Assembly: GCA_963803705.1 (NCBI GenBank)
Contig: CAWDNU010000004.1
Span: 640,001 to 704,000 of the forward strand
Reading direction: 5' to 3'
Length of the DNA stretch: 64,000 nt
From: an uncultured Pseudobdellovibrionaceae bacterium
GTDB taxonomy: Bacteria; Bdellovibrionota; Bdellovibrionia; Bdellovibrionales; UBA1609
Part shown: positions 39,383 to 48,905 of the stretch, piece by piece
How the letters are laid out: each line of letters opens with the position of its first letter
How positions within the stretch are numbered: position 1 is the first letter of the stretch
Notes under the pieces: model-generated
Database searches by the model: none
What the model saw: the letters and a program-made list of their open reading frames with translations, nothing else
Told to the model about the DNA's origin: nothing
Translations under genes and position numbers: made by a program

Positions 39383-39889
39383 ATGGAAGATGCAAAAAGA
39401 ACTGAAGAGTTAAAAGACGATCAAACATTGGCTTCGGTCAGTTTTATACTTGGATTAATATTGGTTGGCGTAGCTGTATTTGTTTTAAATACGATGGAAA
39501 AAAGCTCGGACCATGTTCAAGCTCTTTCTAGAGCAGACAAGTACGCGCAACAATTGATTGAAAGTGGATTTCAATCAACATACCAAGACCTAATGAATGC
39601 TCCTGCAAATCCAGTTAGAGGCCTTGCATCCGTAGATCAACCTCAAGTTCTAGAGGGCGGTATAGGACTTGATCCATGGGGATATCCGTACCAATATCTT
39701 GTAAATAAAACTGAAAGTTCTGCTAAAGGCGAAATTGTAATGTGGTCAGGTGGTCCAGATAACAAATTTCAAACAGAGATAAAAAAGGTAAGAGACCTTG
39801 TGAATAAAAACAAGAAAGTTAGATTTTCTGGCGACGATTTTGGTAAGATAATTACTTTTAAATTGAGCCCTGAATTTGCAAATAAATAG
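39383..39889 (+). CDS. GspG-like (T2SS pseudopilin domain) membrane protein
   Basis: N-terminal TM segment; DPWGYPYQY..WSGGPD..GDD; AAGGAG RBS. Confidence 0.7.
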   Translation: MEDAKRTEELKDDQTLASVSFILGLILVGVAVFVLNTMEKSSDHVQALSRADKYAQQLIESGFQSTYQDLMNAPANPVRGLASVDQPQVLEGGIGLDPWGYPYQYLVNKTESSAKGEIVMWSGGPDNKFQTEIKKVRDLVNKNKKVRFSGDDFGKIITFKLSPEFANK

Positions 39890-39895
39890 TGATTT

Positions 39896-40663
39896 TTGAA
39901 TCTATTTTTAACTGTTATCCTTGTTTTTCTGAGTACTAATGTAGCTGGTTCACAACCAGCTATTTTTTCGGCTGAAAATAACAGGATTTTAAACCCTGGG
40001 CTTTCTACTCTTATTTTCATTCACGGCTCACCAGGTACCAGCAGAACATTCAATAAATATCTAAATGACCCAAAACTCATTGAAACATTTAATCTAATAG
40101 CGATAGATCGGCCCAACTATGGAAAGTCAAAAGGATTTGCACGCTATATTTCTATGTCTTCACAAGCAAAACTAATCTCTGCGTATTTAGAAAAAAAATT
40201 TTCAGTTAGCGAATTAAAGACCAAAACGTATATTGTGTCACACTCCTATGGAGCCCCATTATCTGTTTTAATAGAAAGAGAATTGAAATCGAATGCAGAC
40301 TTAATAATGATGGCAGGTCCATTTGACCCTAAGCTAAATATGGTCAAATGGTATAACACTGTCGCCAAGCTGAGCTTTGTAAGCCTTTTCTTGGGACCAG
40401 CTTGGGTGATATCTAATAAAGAGATGCTAGGTCTTAACAAAAATCTTCAGAAGGTTAAATCGTACCTTAGCGACTACACTGGAGTAACACACTTTTTACA
40501 CGGCTCTGAGGATGGAATTGTGTCAATCAGCCATTCAAAGTGGGCCCACCAATTCAGATTAAAGAACAACAAAAAAAGCCATCTTGCAATCTATCCTTCA
40601 AATCATTTTTTTGTTTGGAGTAAATTTAAAATAATTAAAGATTATATCTTGAATTTACGATAG
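39896..40663 (+). CDS. exported alpha/beta hydrolase
   Basis: FIHGSPG, DRPNYG, SHSYGA nucleophile elbow, HGSEDGIV and NH. Confidence 0.85.
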   Translation: MNLFLTVILVFLSTNVAGSQPAIFSAENNRILNPGLSTLIFIHGSPGTSRTFNKYLNDPKLIETFNLIAIDRPNYGKSKGFARYISMSSQAKLISAYLEKKFSVSELKTKTYIVSHSYGAPLSVLIERELKSNADLIMMAGPFDPKLNMVKWYNTVAKLSFVSLFLGPAWVISNKEMLGLNKNLQKVKSYLSDYTGVTHFLHGSEDGIVSISHSKWAHQFRLKNNKKSHLAIYPSNHFFVWSKFKIIKDYILNLR

Positions 40664-40768
40664 CCACTTACTAATTTTTTTTTGACGATAGTTTTTTTTC
40701 GCAGACCACTTCTAAGATTACTGATGGGATAGACGATCAGTGAATAAATTAATTGAGTAGTTAGATAA

Positions 40769-41845
40769 TTAGTTAAATTCGGGGCAATAATTTCGGTCTA
40801 ATTCCAAATTTTTACAGCTGCTTTGAACAGTAGAATTAGTGGGTTTGAAGCATACGTGTATGTGATCGTCATGGTTGCTTAAACGCCTTGTTTCCGAGAT
40901 TTCCGGATCATTAAAAAACAATTGGTTTCCTACATCTGCACCATTTTTTATTAGCAACTTTACCAATTTTTGAGTTTTTCTTCGATCGTAGCAATCATCC
41001 TGCCATCGCACTTCCTTTTCAAAGCAACCTTTTTTCCTTAACGGCCATATATCCATACACCAACCCCTGCGATGGGTAGAGTGCGGCCAGCTAGACGGTT
41101 GAACACGGCCGAAGGTTGCATCACCAAGCAGTAAACGGCAGCTTGAGTCACCTTCAGGGCAGTTTAATTTAGCCCACTCTTGTGCCACCGAGGTCCAAGC
41201 ACACATAGTGCCTTTTTCCATGTAAGCTGCGCTTCTTTGGCTTCTAATATGCTTAGATCCACAGATTGATTTTTCAGCAATTCCAGGAAGCTTATAAAGA
41301 TCTACTAAGCCATTAGCACCACTTCTTAGCAAAGGCCTGGTGATACGAACGTTTTCTAAATTGTTAGATATATAGTTTGATACATCAAGTATTAGACTGC
41401 TAACTGTATTTCCTGGCTCTCTTTTAGGTTTTGGTTTGTCTGCTTTGGTACCTGGCTCGGCAATTTCAAAGCAATCGGAATTTAAAGCTATAAAATTTTT
41501 CGAAGCGTAAACCCACTCTATGTTAAATTCACTTTTGGCTTCTGAACACTCAGTCGATTTTATCTTCAAAAAATCGTTTTCAATTTGATCTAAGCTGATT
41601 GTAACAGGTGTACCGTTTTCTAGACTGGCGCAAATATTATCTGAAATATTATCGGTATATCTTATATTCAACCGACCGCCCTTAGTCTGGACTCGACCAG
41701 TGCAAGAACTACTGACGCTTAGATCTTTACTAGAGTCAGGTGTTCTGGATTCGAAACCATCGATTTCCAAATCTTGGTCACAGCCTAAAATGCTGACAAA
41801 CGTCAAAATCATCAAATTTTTTAGATGAATATCAGATTTCTTCAT
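40769..41845 (-). CDS. lipoprotein with SH3b-like domain and MepA/LAS-type Zn murein endopeptidase domain (probable start ATG 41845)
   Basis: Lipobox ILGC; GGRLNIR; HSTHRRGWCMDI and HDDHIHV; sigma28-type -10 box GCCGATCT at 41853..41860. Confidence 0.75.
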   Translation of the reverse strand: MKKSDIHLKNLMILTFVSILGCDQDLEIDGFESRTPDSSKDLSVSSSCTGRVQTKGGRLNIRYTDNISDNICASLENGTPVTISLDQIENDFLKIKSTECSEAKSEFNIEWVYASKNFIALNSDCFEIAEPGTKADKPKPKREPGNTVSSLILDVSNYISNNLENVRITRPLLRSGANGLVDLYKLPGIAEKSICGSKHIRSQRSAAYMEKGTMCAWTSVAQEWAKLNCPEGDSSCRLLLGDATFGRVQPSSWPHSTHRRGWCMDIWPLRKKGCFEKEVRWQDDCYDRRKTQKLVKLLIKNGADVGNQLFFNDPEISETRRLSNHDDHIHVCFKPTNSTVQSSCKNLELDRNYCPEFN

Positions 41846-42152
41846 ATTAAGCAGATCGGCAATCAAGACAAAAATCAGGTTTTGAATCTAAAAGAATGGG
41901 TCTAGTTTTGATCTGGATGCTATTTGAATCAGATAGACTTAAAAATTACATAATTTTAAAAAAAACTGAATAACTTATGTCGGCTTTGTTGGTGCATAAT
42001 CAAGAAACAGATACTGCAGCGACCGTTTTGTGAAATCTAAACAAACCTAAGGAAGATTGAAATTTAGGTCAGGATATGAGTTTCAAATTTATCAGTTTGA
42101 AAAATATATAAAGATTTGTGCCCCTTACGAAATTATTTTTTTTCAATTTTCT

Positions 42153-42911
42153 CTATAGTTTCTTTGCATATCCCAGATATGACACTAAAAGTGAATTGGT
42201 TGTCTCAAAACTAAATTGGTCTGGCACAATTTTGGTTTTTAAGAGATTAAAAAAATGCTTATTAATCCTTGGCTTCAAACCTGTGACTTCTTGATGGCTT
42301 AAGCCATATGAGTCACACCAATTTTTAACCTCTCGATGATTAATAAAAAGATCGTAAGTATGCATATGCTTTGGTGTATTTTTAACGAACCACTCTACAC
42401 CCTTGATAACGACAAGATAGGACAACCAATTCTTGCTAAAAGTGTGATAGAAAAAAAGCCCACCAGGTTTTAACACCTTTGAAATTTCGAAAATAACATT
42501 TTTTGGATCACTGACATGTTCTAAAAAATCTAAGGAAATGACCACATCGAACTGTTCACTATCAAAAGGCAAAGAATTTGCGTCGGCCTTGATGTACTTT
42601 ACGTCACTACTTCCGAATTTTTTAGCTGTTCTGAAAGCGTCGTCTGCCAAATCAATGCCCGTGATGTCTTTAGAGTAATTAGATAAATAATTAGTAGCAA
42701 ATCCAGCTCCACAACCAACATCAAGAATTTTCAGAGTAGATAGATCTTTGAAGTGTTTCTCAATTCCGCTTAAAATCCATGGCAGCTTTACTTTGTTTTC
42801 AGCTCTTAACAGAGCCACCGGATCATCTTTCGCTGTGTACCACCTGTCTCCAAGAGAATTATAAAACTTGTTGTTGATTGGATGCTGTTCATCAGTTTCT
42901 AATTTTTTCAT
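42153..42911 (-). CDS. UbiG-like SAM-dependent O-methyltransferase
   Basis: ILDVGCGAG, FLEHV, LKPGG and YLGYA; LRAEN..LPWI. Confidence 0.85.
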   Translation of the reverse strand: MKKLETDEQHPINNKFYNSLGDRWYTAKDDPVALLRAENKVKLPWILSGIEKHFKDLSTLKILDVGCGAGFATNYLSNYSKDITGIDLADDAFRTAKKFGSSDVKYIKADANSLPFDSEQFDVVISLDFLEHVSDPKNVIFEISKVLKPGGLFFYHTFSKNWLSYLVVIKGVEWFVKNTPKHMHTYDLFINHREVKNWCDSYGLSHQEVTGLKPRINKHFFNLLKTKIVPDQFSFETTNSLLVSYLGYAKKL

Positions 42912-43408
42912 ACTTCGCCTTTTATAGCTCTGAAGTTCCAGTAAGTGATTTGATACAAAAAGAAGATAATAAGGATAATCGATTGGGCTAAAATAAAAAT
43001 TTCAATATTAATTGGTCCTATATATCCCAAGCTTTCTGAAATTGCCCAAAGAAATCCCAATGCAACAGCTGTCAAACCGTGGACTAGAAATAAAATAGAG
43101 TGAAGCCACTGCTCTGCAGGTTCGCAAAGTTCTTTATGAACGAACTCGTCCTTTGTTACAAATAAACAGGAAAAACTTGCAAGACCAATATATACAACCA
43201 GATTAAAGACATTAAATTGCAGTATTAAACAAAAAATATATAATGCCACTACCGTCAAGGTGTCCAGTGGGTGTCCTACCTTCTCCCACTTGCCTAAACC
43301 ACGTTTTATATGAAAATAAAATTCGTCGACAGCAATTGCGATAGCTTGTACGAGAAAGGGTACTATAAGTAAAAACCAATACTGATCTATAAACTGATTT
43401 ACTTGCAT
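42908..43408 (-). CDS. multi-TM membrane protein with paired DExx(x)H / ExxxH motifs
   Basis: Hydrophobic; DEFYFH..EKVGH and DEFVH..EQWLH; overlaps both neighbours. Confidence 0.75.
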   Translation of the reverse strand: MQVNQFIDQYWFLLIVPFLVQAIAIAVDEFYFHIKRGLGKWEKVGHPLDTLTVVALYIFCLILQFNVFNLVVYIGLASFSCLFVTKDEFVHKELCEPAEQWLHSILFLVHGLTAVALGFLWAISESLGYIGPINIEIFILAQSIILIIFFLYQITYWNFRAIKGEV

Positions 43409-44514
43409 ATCTCAAAAACGCTTCCGAAAAGACTAAGTCCAGGCCCAAACGCTAAAGAGACGACTTTTTGGCCATCCTCTAAAGATTTGTTTTCAAGAAT
43501 TTCTTTCCAAATATGAGGCAAAGTAGCCGAAGACATATTTCCCCTAGTTTTAAGAATATGCCTAGACTCTTTTATTTGATCCTCTTTTAGCTCTAGTAAC
43601 ATGGACACTTGATCCAAAATTTTGGGACCACCCGGGTGAATGGCGAACTTAGCATTCTTCATCAAGTCATCTCGATCTTTTCCGACTTTTTCGAATAAAT
43701 GGCTAAGACCATCATGAATATTCAAAGCCAACTTCATAGGCACATCCCTTGAAATACTCATATTAAAGTTATTTGAACCAGGAACCCAGGTCATATCTTC
43801 CTCCGAATCTGGAATTCTGGATTCAGTAAGTGACAGAATTTTTAAAGAAGGTTCGTCTGATCTTTTCTTAGAACAATTATAAAGTATGTGACCATCGGCA
43901 AAAAGACTTTGCACAATAAGTTGCTCTGGAGTGAAGTCCTTCGTAGAAAAGTGTAATGTGCAAAGCTCTGAATTAAAGATCTTAACCTCGCCATCTGCAC
44001 TTAGCGCATTAGCTAACCTCACACTAGGCATGGATGCATAGCATCCCATATGATAAGCGTGGGTAATTTCAGTTTTATGCCAACCTTTTTTTGAACACAA
44101 GCGCTGCACAGGACTAGGCGATAGATACCCAGTACACGTTGTGTGAATAAAATGGTAAGGCTCTTCGTCTTGAGCTTCAAGAAGCTGATTTAAGCGTTGG
44201 TTAACAATCTTATCATAAAATTTCATCCGGTTGGTTAAGTCCACACCAAGCTCAACATTATTGGTATTATTAAAGATAAAATTGTTTTCAAAATTATCTA
44301 ATGTAAAATCTTTTATCTCTGTATAACGTTCTGATATTTGTGACTCTGAAACAGAGTACTTTTCGATCCAAGACTTAAGCTTTGGCTCGTCTAATTCGCC
44401 CCTCTGATCTAAGGATCGACCATAAGCTAAACGCAACCATTTAAGTGCACTTTCGTGACTCACTTTAAATTCGGGGAGTACAGAATTAAATTTCGATAAA
44501 TAAGAAGAATTCAT
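43399..44514 (-). CDS. type III polyketide synthase (chalcone-synthase-like)
   Basis: Catalytic triad in HMGCYA, IHPGG and GNMSS; TCTG, ELCT, LFADG and AFGPGL. Confidence 0.95.
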   Translation of the reverse strand: MNSSYLSKFNSVLPEFKVSHESALKWLRLAYGRSLDQRGELDEPKLKSWIEKYSVSESQISERYTEIKDFTLDNFENNFIFNNTNNVELGVDLTNRMKFYDKIVNQRLNQLLEAQDEEPYHFIHTTCTGYLSPSPVQRLCSKKGWHKTEITHAYHMGCYASMPSVRLANALSADGEVKIFNSELCTLHFSTKDFTPEQLIVQSLFADGHILYNCSKKRSDEPSLKILSLTESRIPDSEEDMTWVPGSNNFNMSISRDVPMKLALNIHDGLSHLFEKVGKDRDDLMKNAKFAIHPGGPKILDQVSMLLELKEDQIKESRHILKTRGNMSSATLPHIWKEILENKSLEDGQKVVSLAFGPGLSLFGSVFEICK

Positions 44515-44708
44515 GGAACCAACCTTTTAGAACTCGTTACACAGTATTTTTTAATATTTTAAAGTCAATCTCATTATAGCTAAGCAAACCGACCAGACTG
44601 TCATATCATTGCTGAATCACTTGAAGATCTAAGTAAATTTCGAAATTTCTGTACACTAATTTGATTCTTACTTTCAGTAGTTAGAAAGCTATAGCTCATA
44701 ATTTTGAA

Positions 44709-44793
44709 TGGTGCCCGCGGAGGGAGTCGAACCCCCACGTCTCGCGGCACTAGATCCTAAGTCTAGCGTGTCTGCCAATTCCACCACGCGGGC
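44709..44793 (-). tRNA. tRNA-Leu (anticodon TAG), CCA encoded
   Basis: gcccgcg acceptor stem, tggcagac D-loop region, ctaga-cttagga-tctag anticodon arm, long variable arm, GTTCGA T-loop. Confidence 0.95.
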
Positions 44794-44859
44794 ACAGAAT
44801 AACTGAAGTTAAAAATTTATCTTAAAGAAAATGAAAATACACTAAAAAAGTTGAAATAT

Positions 44860-44888
44860 TAGGGTGTGTTGAAGATTCACACGGCCCT
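44860..44888. repeat. collapsed mini-element related to families A/B
   Basis: tagggtgtgttgaagattcacacggccct: a left terminus fused directly to a right terminus. Confidence 0.5.
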
Positions 44889-44976
44889 GGATTTCTAAAA
44901 TTTCAAATTTGACTAAGGCTCATCAATCAAAAATGGACTTTCTTCACTCATATCTGCACTTTTATTATATTCGCAA

Positions 44977-45351
44977 TTAGCCTTGCTTAGCTTTCTTAAC
45001 ATTATTTTTTTCAGTGAAAGAAGCGCTACAAATTATGCTGCCAGATTCGCCATCTAACGTGCTGTAAGGAACTATAACTTGGTAAGTGTAAAGATCAGAG
45101 TCTGCGTCGGGTAAAACCTGAATAGACTTACCTACAACAACCATGTTGGAATAAAAAACATTCAACGCTAAATTATCAACAGGATCTTTCAGGCTTAAGT
45201 TATGACTAAGCTCGATATCAACTGATTCCACAATCAAGGCTTCTGTATCAACATCCACTTCAAGGGCATGCACTAATGACGGTGCACAGGACGAAATAAA
45301 AAGCGCCACTACAAAGTGATAAGACCTAGTAAACTTGTAAATTTTCTTCAT
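44977..45351 (-). CDS. exported hypothetical protein
   Basis: AGGGG RBS; signal-peptide-like N-terminus. Confidence 0.65.
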   Translation of the reverse strand: MKKIYKFTRSYHFVVALFISSCAPSLVHALEVDVDTEALIVESVDIELSHNLSLKDPVDNLALNVFYSNMVVVGKSIQVLPDADSDLYTYQVIVPYSTLDGESGSIICSASFTEKNNVKKAKQG

Positions 45352-45438
45352 GTATCCCCTTAAATTAAGTAATTAAACTTTTAACTAATGATTATCAACA
45401 TAAGTTATTCAGAAGGGAATAACTTATGGAATTTAGGC

Positions 45439-45825
45439 TCACCCTTGAATTAATTTTTTGTATTCTGGTGAACGAATTAAACTGGCCAGTTCTTTTTCAG
45501 TGTCCATTTCAATTCTTATCAGCCAACCGTCGTTCCAAGCGTCATCGTTGATGGTTCCTGGATTATCGCTAAGTGAAGAGTTGACCTCAATTACAGTTCC
45601 AGAAACTGGCGCTAGCAAATCATTGACCGACTTCACACTTTCTACAACACCAAAAGATTCATTTTGAGTCACTTTTTGACCTTCTTCTGGAAGCTCAACA
45701 TAAACAATTTCGCCCAAGGTGTCCTGCGCGTAATCTGTAACACCAACTGTGACGATATTCTCTTCTACTAATGCCCACTCGTGATCTCTAGTATAATATA
45801 ACTCTTCTGGAACTCGATACGCCAT
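45439..45825 (-). CDS. gcvH: glycine cleavage system H protein
   Basis: YTRDHEW, GVTDYAQ and VESVKS (lipoyl lysine). Confidence 0.96.
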   Translation of the reverse strand: MAYRVPEELYYTRDHEWALVEENIVTVGVTDYAQDTLGEIVYVELPEEGQKVTQNESFGVVESVKSVNDLLAPVSGTVIEVNSSLSDNPGTINDDAWNDGWLIRIEMDTEKELASLIRSPEYKKLIQG

Positions 45826-45833
45826 AATGACTC

Positions 45834-46949
45834 CTATTTCTTTTTAACAAATGGTAAATTGACTATCTTAGCTTCTACCAAATTTTTTCTCACCTCAATC
45901 AAACACTTTTCACCAACGTAGGACTTATCCACAAGAGCCATACCGATGGGTTGATTTAAACTTGGCGAATACGTTCCACTAGTTACTTCCCCAATCTGTG
46001 TCTTGTCAAAACTTAACACTCGGTATCCGTCACGGGGGATTGCTTTTTCCATGGACACTAAACCGACAAGATTTTTAGTATTTGCAGAATTTTGGGTAAG
46101 AATCGCTTTTTTCAAGGGTGTCTGACCAAAAAACTCTGACTCTTTGTTTACCTTAAGAACCCAATTCATCCCCACGTTTAAAGGCAGTCTGGATCCCTGA
46201 ATCTCGTTGCCGTACAAAGGAAGGCCAGCTTCTATTCTAAGCGTATTTCTAGCGCCAAGGCCGCAGGGCAGAATGCCATATGGCTGGCCTTTAACCAATA
46301 GCTCGTTCCAAAGATTTGCAGCCTGATTTAAAGGGCCATAGATCTCGAAGCCATCTTCGCCAGTATAGCCGGTACGAGCCACTAACCACCTAGCTTGATT
46401 CCACTCATACTCTTTAAATCTAAATCTTTTTATATCCGTGCAGTCTGAAAACAAATGTTTCGAAACTTCAACGGCCTTAGGCCCTTGGATCGCGATCTGT
46501 GCCCAATCACTACTCTGATCCTCAATGGACAAATTTTTGAAGGTTTTAGCAACTTTTTGGATCCACAAAACGTCTTTATTTTTATTAGATGCATTCACAA
46601 CCAGCAGATACTTTTTTTCGGCCAAACGATAAATAATCAAGTCATCGATAACAAAGCCGCTTTCATCTAACATCATATTGTATTGGGCCTGATTAATAGC
46701 ACATTTGGAAACTTCATTGGTTAAAATTTTCTGCAAGAAAGCCAAGCTATTCTCGCCTTCTACCATCACCTCACCCATATGAGACACATCAAAGAGTCCT
46801 ACAGAATTTCTAGTTGCCATATGTTCTAGACGGAGTCCTGAATACTCCACGGGCATATCCCAACCAGCAAAGTTAACCATCTTGCCGCCCAACCTTCTAT
46901 GTTCTTCATTAAGAATTGTTTTACCAACTACATAGTTATCTTCGTTCAT
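45834..46949 (-). CDS. gcvT: glycine cleavage system aminomethyltransferase
   Basis: FAGWDMPVEY, LFDVSHMG, RTGYTGEDGFE and GLGARNTLRIEAG. Confidence 0.96.
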   Translation of the reverse strand: MNEDNYVVGKTILNEEHRRLGGKMVNFAGWDMPVEYSGLRLEHMATRNSVGLFDVSHMGEVMVEGENSLAFLQKILTNEVSKCAINQAQYNMMLDESGFVIDDLIIYRLAEKKYLLVVNASNKNKDVLWIQKVAKTFKNLSIEDQSSDWAQIAIQGPKAVEVSKHLFSDCTDIKRFRFKEYEWNQARWLVARTGYTGEDGFEIYGPLNQAANLWNELLVKGQPYGILPCGLGARNTLRIEAGLPLYGNEIQGSRLPLNVGMNWVLKVNKESEFFGQTPLKKAILTQNSANTKNLVGLVSMEKAIPRDGYRVLSFDKTQIGEVTSGTYSPSLNQPIGMALVDKSYVGEKCLIEVRKNLVEAKIVNLPFVKKK

Positions 46950-47830
46950 ATTGGTGCCTTTGCTGCATGGAGTTTTCTAAGTTCAAAGCCTTCAGCAGCT
47001 TTATAAGTGTGAGTTATCAACTGCGCCACGGTCATAGGTCCGACTCCACCCGGCACAGGAGTTATAGCATAAATATGATCTTTTCCTAAAGAAGAAAAAT
47101 CGACGTCACCGACAAGACCTTTACCATCGGCTCTTCGGTGTATACCAACATCGATCACTACTGCACCCTTTTTGAAATCCTCGATGCCAAGCAAGCCAGG
47201 TTTTCCTGCGGCGACGACAACTATGTCAGCTTTTTTGGTCAATTCAGAAGTATTCGGGGTCTTACTATGGCAAACGCTTACAGTGCAATTTGCCCTAGTT
47301 AGCATATATGCCATAGACCAACCCACAGTAGGGCTTCGACCAACAACGACAGCACTTTGACCTTGAAGCGCAATGTCGTAGTGTTTTAAAAGTTCCATCA
47401 CTCCTTCTGGAGTGCACGGCTCGTGGTAGGCATTTCCTGATAACATTAAGCCCATGTTAAGAGCACTTAATCCATCTACGTCCTTTTCCGCGTTTATCAG
47501 ACCACTGGGATCAAAGCCTTGAAAACTCTTTGGAAGTGGCATTTGTACTAAAAATCCGTCAACTGTAGAATCAGAATTTAGACTTTTAATTTTTACTTCT
47601 AAATCTTCAGCAGAAGTATTTTCGGGCATCTTGATTACTTCTGACAACATACCAATTTTTTCACAGGCAAGCTTTTTGTTATTAACGTAAACATGGCTCG
47701 CAGGGTCGTTACCAATGATTACAACTGACAGCTTTGGGGCGCGGCCGTAAGTCACTTTAAAAGCCTCAACCTTTTTTGCTAGCACATTGTATTTTTTCTC
47801 GGCAAGTTTTCTGCCATTAAGTAAAATCAC
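46946..47830 (-). CDS. folD: methylenetetrahydrofolate dehydrogenase/cyclohydrolase
   Basis: KDVDG, PCTPEG, VVVGRS, DVGI and TPVPGGVGPMT. Confidence 0.96.
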   Translation of the reverse strand: MILLNGRKLAEKKYNVLAKKVEAFKVTYGRAPKLSVVIIGNDPASHVYVNNKKLACEKIGMLSEVIKMPENTSAEDLEVKIKSLNSDSTVDGFLVQMPLPKSFQGFDPSGLINAEKDVDGLSALNMGLMLSGNAYHEPCTPEGVMELLKHYDIALQGQSAVVVGRSPTVGWSMAYMLTRANCTVSVCHSKTPNTSELTKKADIVVVAAGKPGLLGIEDFKKGAVVIDVGIHRRADGKGLVGDVDFSSLGKDHIYAITPVPGGVGPMTVAQLITHTYKAAEGFELRKLHAAKAPI

Positions 47831-47892
47831 AAGGCCTCCTTAGAGTTGCCAATAGATGTACATTAAGTTAAGACTTTGAGTAAGAGGTTTCT

Positions 47893-48126
47893 ATGGCAAA
47901 AGTTAAAGTTGCAAATGATGGTAATATTGATTTTGTGCAAGCAGAAAGCTTACCTACTAATGTCAAAAAATTGCGCCAGAGCCCAGAGATCGAAGGCTTT
48001 TACAGATTCGTTTTCGAAAATGATTTAAGAGTCGAGGCCTACGACATCATCGACAAGATGCTTATTGAAAGAAAGTTGCTGGCTAAAGAGCTTAAAGCAG
48101 CAGCAAAAAAAAGTAAAAAAAAGTAA
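47893..48126 (+). CDS. small hypothetical protein
   Basis: AGAGG RBS; plausible helical protein (EIEGFYRFVFENDLR) with a Lys-rich tail. Confidence 0.75.
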   Translation: MAKVKVANDGNIDFVQAESLPTNVKKLRQSPEIEGFYRFVFENDLRVEAYDIIDKMLIERKLLAKELKAAAKKSKKK

Positions 48127-48128
48127 GT

Positions 48129-48253
48129 GGGCCTGTTGAAAAAGTATTAGATTCTAGGCGTCCAAGCTTAAAATCGAATGAGTCGTAGTTTATCTACGTC
48201 GAATGAGATTTAAGCGAAGGCAACAACGAAGATGATGCTTTTTCAACAGTCCC
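48129..48253. mobile_element. 125-bp palindromic MITE-like element, family B
   Basis: Same sequence as the other B copies (one mismatch in the right TIR); flanked by an AAGT direct repeat. Confidence 0.92.
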
Positions 48254-48318
48254 AAGTAGCTATTTCGAAGGTTATTAATTTATTTTCCTTTGTATCAAAA
48301 CCCATCAACAATTAGATT

Positions 48319-48780
48319 CTACGAAGACAAGAACACTTCCTTTGTACAAAGATCTTCATTTACGTAAACCTCCTCTCCTGTAAAATACTTTGAAATCATT
48401 TTGATTTGGTCTTGCGAAAGTTTTATCAAATCCGCTGAAAAAGTGCTTTCCACCTGGTCCTCAGCGTACAATTGTCTTCCTTTAAGCACAAAAGACTCAT
48501 CCACTCTATAGAGCTTGTATTTGTAGTAGATTAGTCCGACGCGCTTATCATCCTCACTTAGTTCCCTAGTGGACTCGACGCTCTGATCCGCAATGAAGTA
48601 GGTAGCTGAATAGGACTCTTCGCCCTCATAGTAGACCACTACATTGTCGGTAGTAATGGTAACTTTAAATGAACCTTCTTCTGCGGCAATCTCTTCGTTT
48701 ATGTTAGCACATTTATACTCACCCAACTCGATGGCATGCACATCAAAACCAAAAAGTAGTAATAGTAAAAGCTGTTTCAT
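48319..48780 (-). CDS. exported hypothetical protein
   Basis: Signal peptide MKQLLLLLLFGFDVHA; GAGGA RBS. Confidence 0.75.
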   Translation of the reverse strand: MKQLLLLLLFGFDVHAIELGEYKCANINEEIAAEEGSFKVTITTDNVVVYYEGEESYSATYFIADQSVESTRELSEDDKRVGLIYYKYKLYRVDESFVLKGRQLYAEDQVESTFSADLIKLSQDQIKMISKYFTGEEVYVNEDLCTKEVFLSS

Positions 48781-48905
48781 CTGATCCTCTCACTCTAATT
48801 ATACAAATTTAGTGCCAATATACCCATCCGAAATCGCTTACTTTTAAGTACCTGTTCTTAATTTCAACCTTTTTAAAGATTTAAGCAAATCCTGATTCGC
48901 TAATA

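Noticed and set aside
44515..44793. tRNA-Leu as the integration site of an island carrying the PKS cluster
   Set aside because: I found no duplicated tRNA 3' end and no integrase.
48796..48820. Sigma54 promoter for 48319..48780 (TGGCAC-N5-TTGT)
   Set aside because: The -12 GC is replaced by GT and a TATAAT box overlaps it; ambiguous.
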